This document shows positions 62,445 through 64,000 of a DNA stretch of 64,000 nt, one piece after another (the first letter of the stretch is position 1; each line of letters opens with the position of its first letter). The stretch is from an uncultured Phycisphaerales bacterium (lineage in GTDB: Bacteria; Planctomycetota; Phycisphaerae; Tepidisphaerales; Tepidisphaeraceae), in contig CAWJPJ010000006.1 in assembly GCA_963844715.1 (NCBI GenBank), positions 832,001 through 896,000 on the forward strand, read 5' to 3'. A program made the position numbers and the translations under genes. The notes beneath the pieces are model-generated. The model had not been told where the DNA came from. It saw nothing but the letters and a program-made list of their open reading frames with translations, and did not search any database.

Positions 62445-62550
62445 CGACTTAACGCAAAGCTTAACAATCAAAAATTGCGGGTTAAGAGGCTTGAGGTTCG
62501 ATAATTAGTTCAAGCCGGGATTGGGGTTACGGCTGGAGGCGGCGGCAGGG

Positions 62551-63441
62551 ATGCCCTATATCGTCGTAAATTCAGAACGTCAGGATACGGATTGTCGCCA
62601 GCTCGACAACGCGCTGGTGATCGGTCGCGCGCCGGATTGCCAGGTTGCGGTTCGGGATATTTTGCTTTCGCGAAGGCATTGCCGCATCGAGAAGAGCCCG
62701 CAGGGGTGGCTGCTGATCGACCTCAACAGCAAAAATGGAACGGTAGTAAATGGGGAGAAGCTCACCGCGCCGCGGGTTTTGCGCGATAACGATATCGTGC
62801 GCATGGGCCGGTCGCGACTGGTGTTTCGGGCCGGGGAGCCGGGTTTGGAGGAATTGCGATCGCCGGGTCCGCGGCCGATTGATCCGCACGAGGCGCTGGC
62901 GGGGACGTTGTCGGGATTCGTGCTTACCGAACCCGGCGAGTTTCAGCCTCCGGCGAATATGCCCGCCCCGCGGCCGAAGCCGCGCGAGCCGGCGGCGTTT
63001 GAGCGCGAGGAGTTGCACGAGATGCTCACGGCGATCGCTTCGAGCAGTTGGGATTCGATCTATGCCGAGGCGAGGCAGCCGCTGAAGGGTGAATCGCGGT
63101 CGGGGACGGCGCTGCTGGAGCGTGGGCGAACGCGTCCGATGCGGCCGAGATCGCCGATCGATCTTTCGCTTCAGGCGAGCCCGGCGCCGGTGATGGCACC
63201 CAAGCTCGTGGAGAATCCGAAGCCCTGGATAAGAAGAATCGCGCTGGTGGCAGCGGTTGTTTTTCTTGTGGCGGGAATTGTTTCGATGGGGCAATGGCAG
63301 AGCGATTCCAATCCAACCCCCCCACCGCCGGCGGGCGTCACACACATCGCGGAGCGGGCGAAAATTATCCCGATGGATCAGCTTGCGTGGACGGAAGTCG
63401 CCAAAGCGGCGGCGGCGCGTTTGCCGGTTATTGGGTGGTAA
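62551..63441 (+). CDS. FHA-domain membrane protein
   Basis: IGRAPDC...LSRRHC...DLNSKNGTVVNG; Pro-rich linker; C-terminal TM helix. Confidence 0.85.
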   Translation: MPYIVVNSERQDTDCRQLDNALVIGRAPDCQVAVRDILLSRRHCRIEKSPQGWLLIDLNSKNGTVVNGEKLTAPRVLRDNDIVRMGRSRLVFRAGEPGLEELRSPGPRPIDPHEALAGTLSGFVLTEPGEFQPPANMPAPRPKPREPAAFEREELHEMLTAIASSSWDSIYAEARQPLKGESRSGTALLERGRTRPMRPRSPIDLSLQASPAPVMAPKLVENPKPWIRRIALVAAVVFLVAGIVSMGQWQSDSNPTPPPPAGVTHIAERAKIIPMDQLAWTEVAKAAAARLPVIGW

Positions 63442-63482
63442 AAGCGGGTTCAAAAGCTAACAAAGCGATGGGCGCGCTTTGA

Positions 63483-63594
63483 TCCCCTCGCCCCGGTACT
63501 CCGGGGAGAGGGACAGGGTGAGGGGCGGCGCCCGACGATCGAAAAACGCTCCTCAACCTAGCCCTCTCCCCACGGGTACGTGGGGAGAGGGGAT
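63483..63594. repeat. Inverted doublet of GTAC-cored palindromic elements, intergenic
   Basis: CCCCTCGCCCCGGTACTCCGGGGAGAGGGACAGGGTGAGGGG ... CCTCAACCTAGCCCTCTCCCCACGGGTACGTGGGGAGAGGGG. Confidence 0.85.
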
Positions 63595-63638
63595 AATCAC
63601 TTCGTCACGGCCTCATCAGATTCTGAAGCCGCTTCTTG

Positions 63639-63995
63639 TCACTCGGCGGGTTCGATCGTTGCGGACATGGAGCCTTTGCATGTGGCGACGCGCGGGTCGG
63701 TGCCGTAGGCGTGGATTTGGTCGCGCTTGAGTTCGGCCATTTCCTTGTGGGTGGTGAGGACGATGACGCGGCCTTCGTGATCGACTTCCTCCGCCATGCT
63801 CATTCCTTTTTCGGGTGGATAGGCGAAGAGGACGCCGAGCATTTCAATCACATAGTCGTAGCTGTGATCGTCATCGTTAAAAAGGATGACGTGAAACATC
63901 GGGAGCTGGGCGGGCTTGCGCTTTTTTGACGGCTTGGCCTTTTGTGGCGTGGCTACCGCCACCCCTTCTTCCTTGGATTGTTTCTGCGAATCCAT
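63639..63995 (-). CDS. clpS: ATP-dependent Clp protease adaptor ClpS
   Basis: FHVILFNDDDHSYDYVIEML...EVDHEGRVIV...E.AE. Confidence 0.92.
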   Translation of the reverse strand: MDSQKQSKEEGVAVATPQKAKPSKKRKPAQLPMFHVILFNDDDHSYDYVIEMLGVLFAYPPEKGMSMAEEVDHEGRVIVLTTHKEMAELKRDQIHAYGTDPRVATCKGSMSATIEPAE

Positions 63996-64000
63996 CGACG

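Overview
GC-rich bacterial chromosomal window, most likely from a planctomycete (Phycisphaerae/Tepidisphaerales-like, inferred from a LEPR-XLL-type leader, PEP-CTERM-type proteins, mcsAB and FHA/Ser-Thr signalling genes). The backbone is housekeeping: metG, queD, mcsA/mcsB, nadA, metF, rtcB, pepA, cyclophilin, SRP RNA, nadK, trpE and clpS. About 20 genes carry single-base frameshifts, which look like long-read consensus errors rather than pseudogenes. Accessory content includes an OLD-type ATPase-Toprim nuclease island, a PIN toxin-antitoxin pair, an IS5-family element, a RAYT (Y1 HUH) transposase between two long palindromes, and a 276-bp MITE-like element abutting queD. The most striking unexplained features are: (1) several interleaved families of short intergenic repeats that bracket accessory genes like cassettes at 14.9-21.4 kb, coinciding with a visible C-rich to G-rich strand-skew switch; (2) GTAC-cored palindromic elements inserted in-frame inside two enzyme genes; (3) a GH15 glycosidase fused to a 4Fe-4S dicluster ferredoxin; (4) a degenerate duplicate of the metF 3' end bracketing an inserted gene. 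All calls were made by eye from motifs; no database searches were run.
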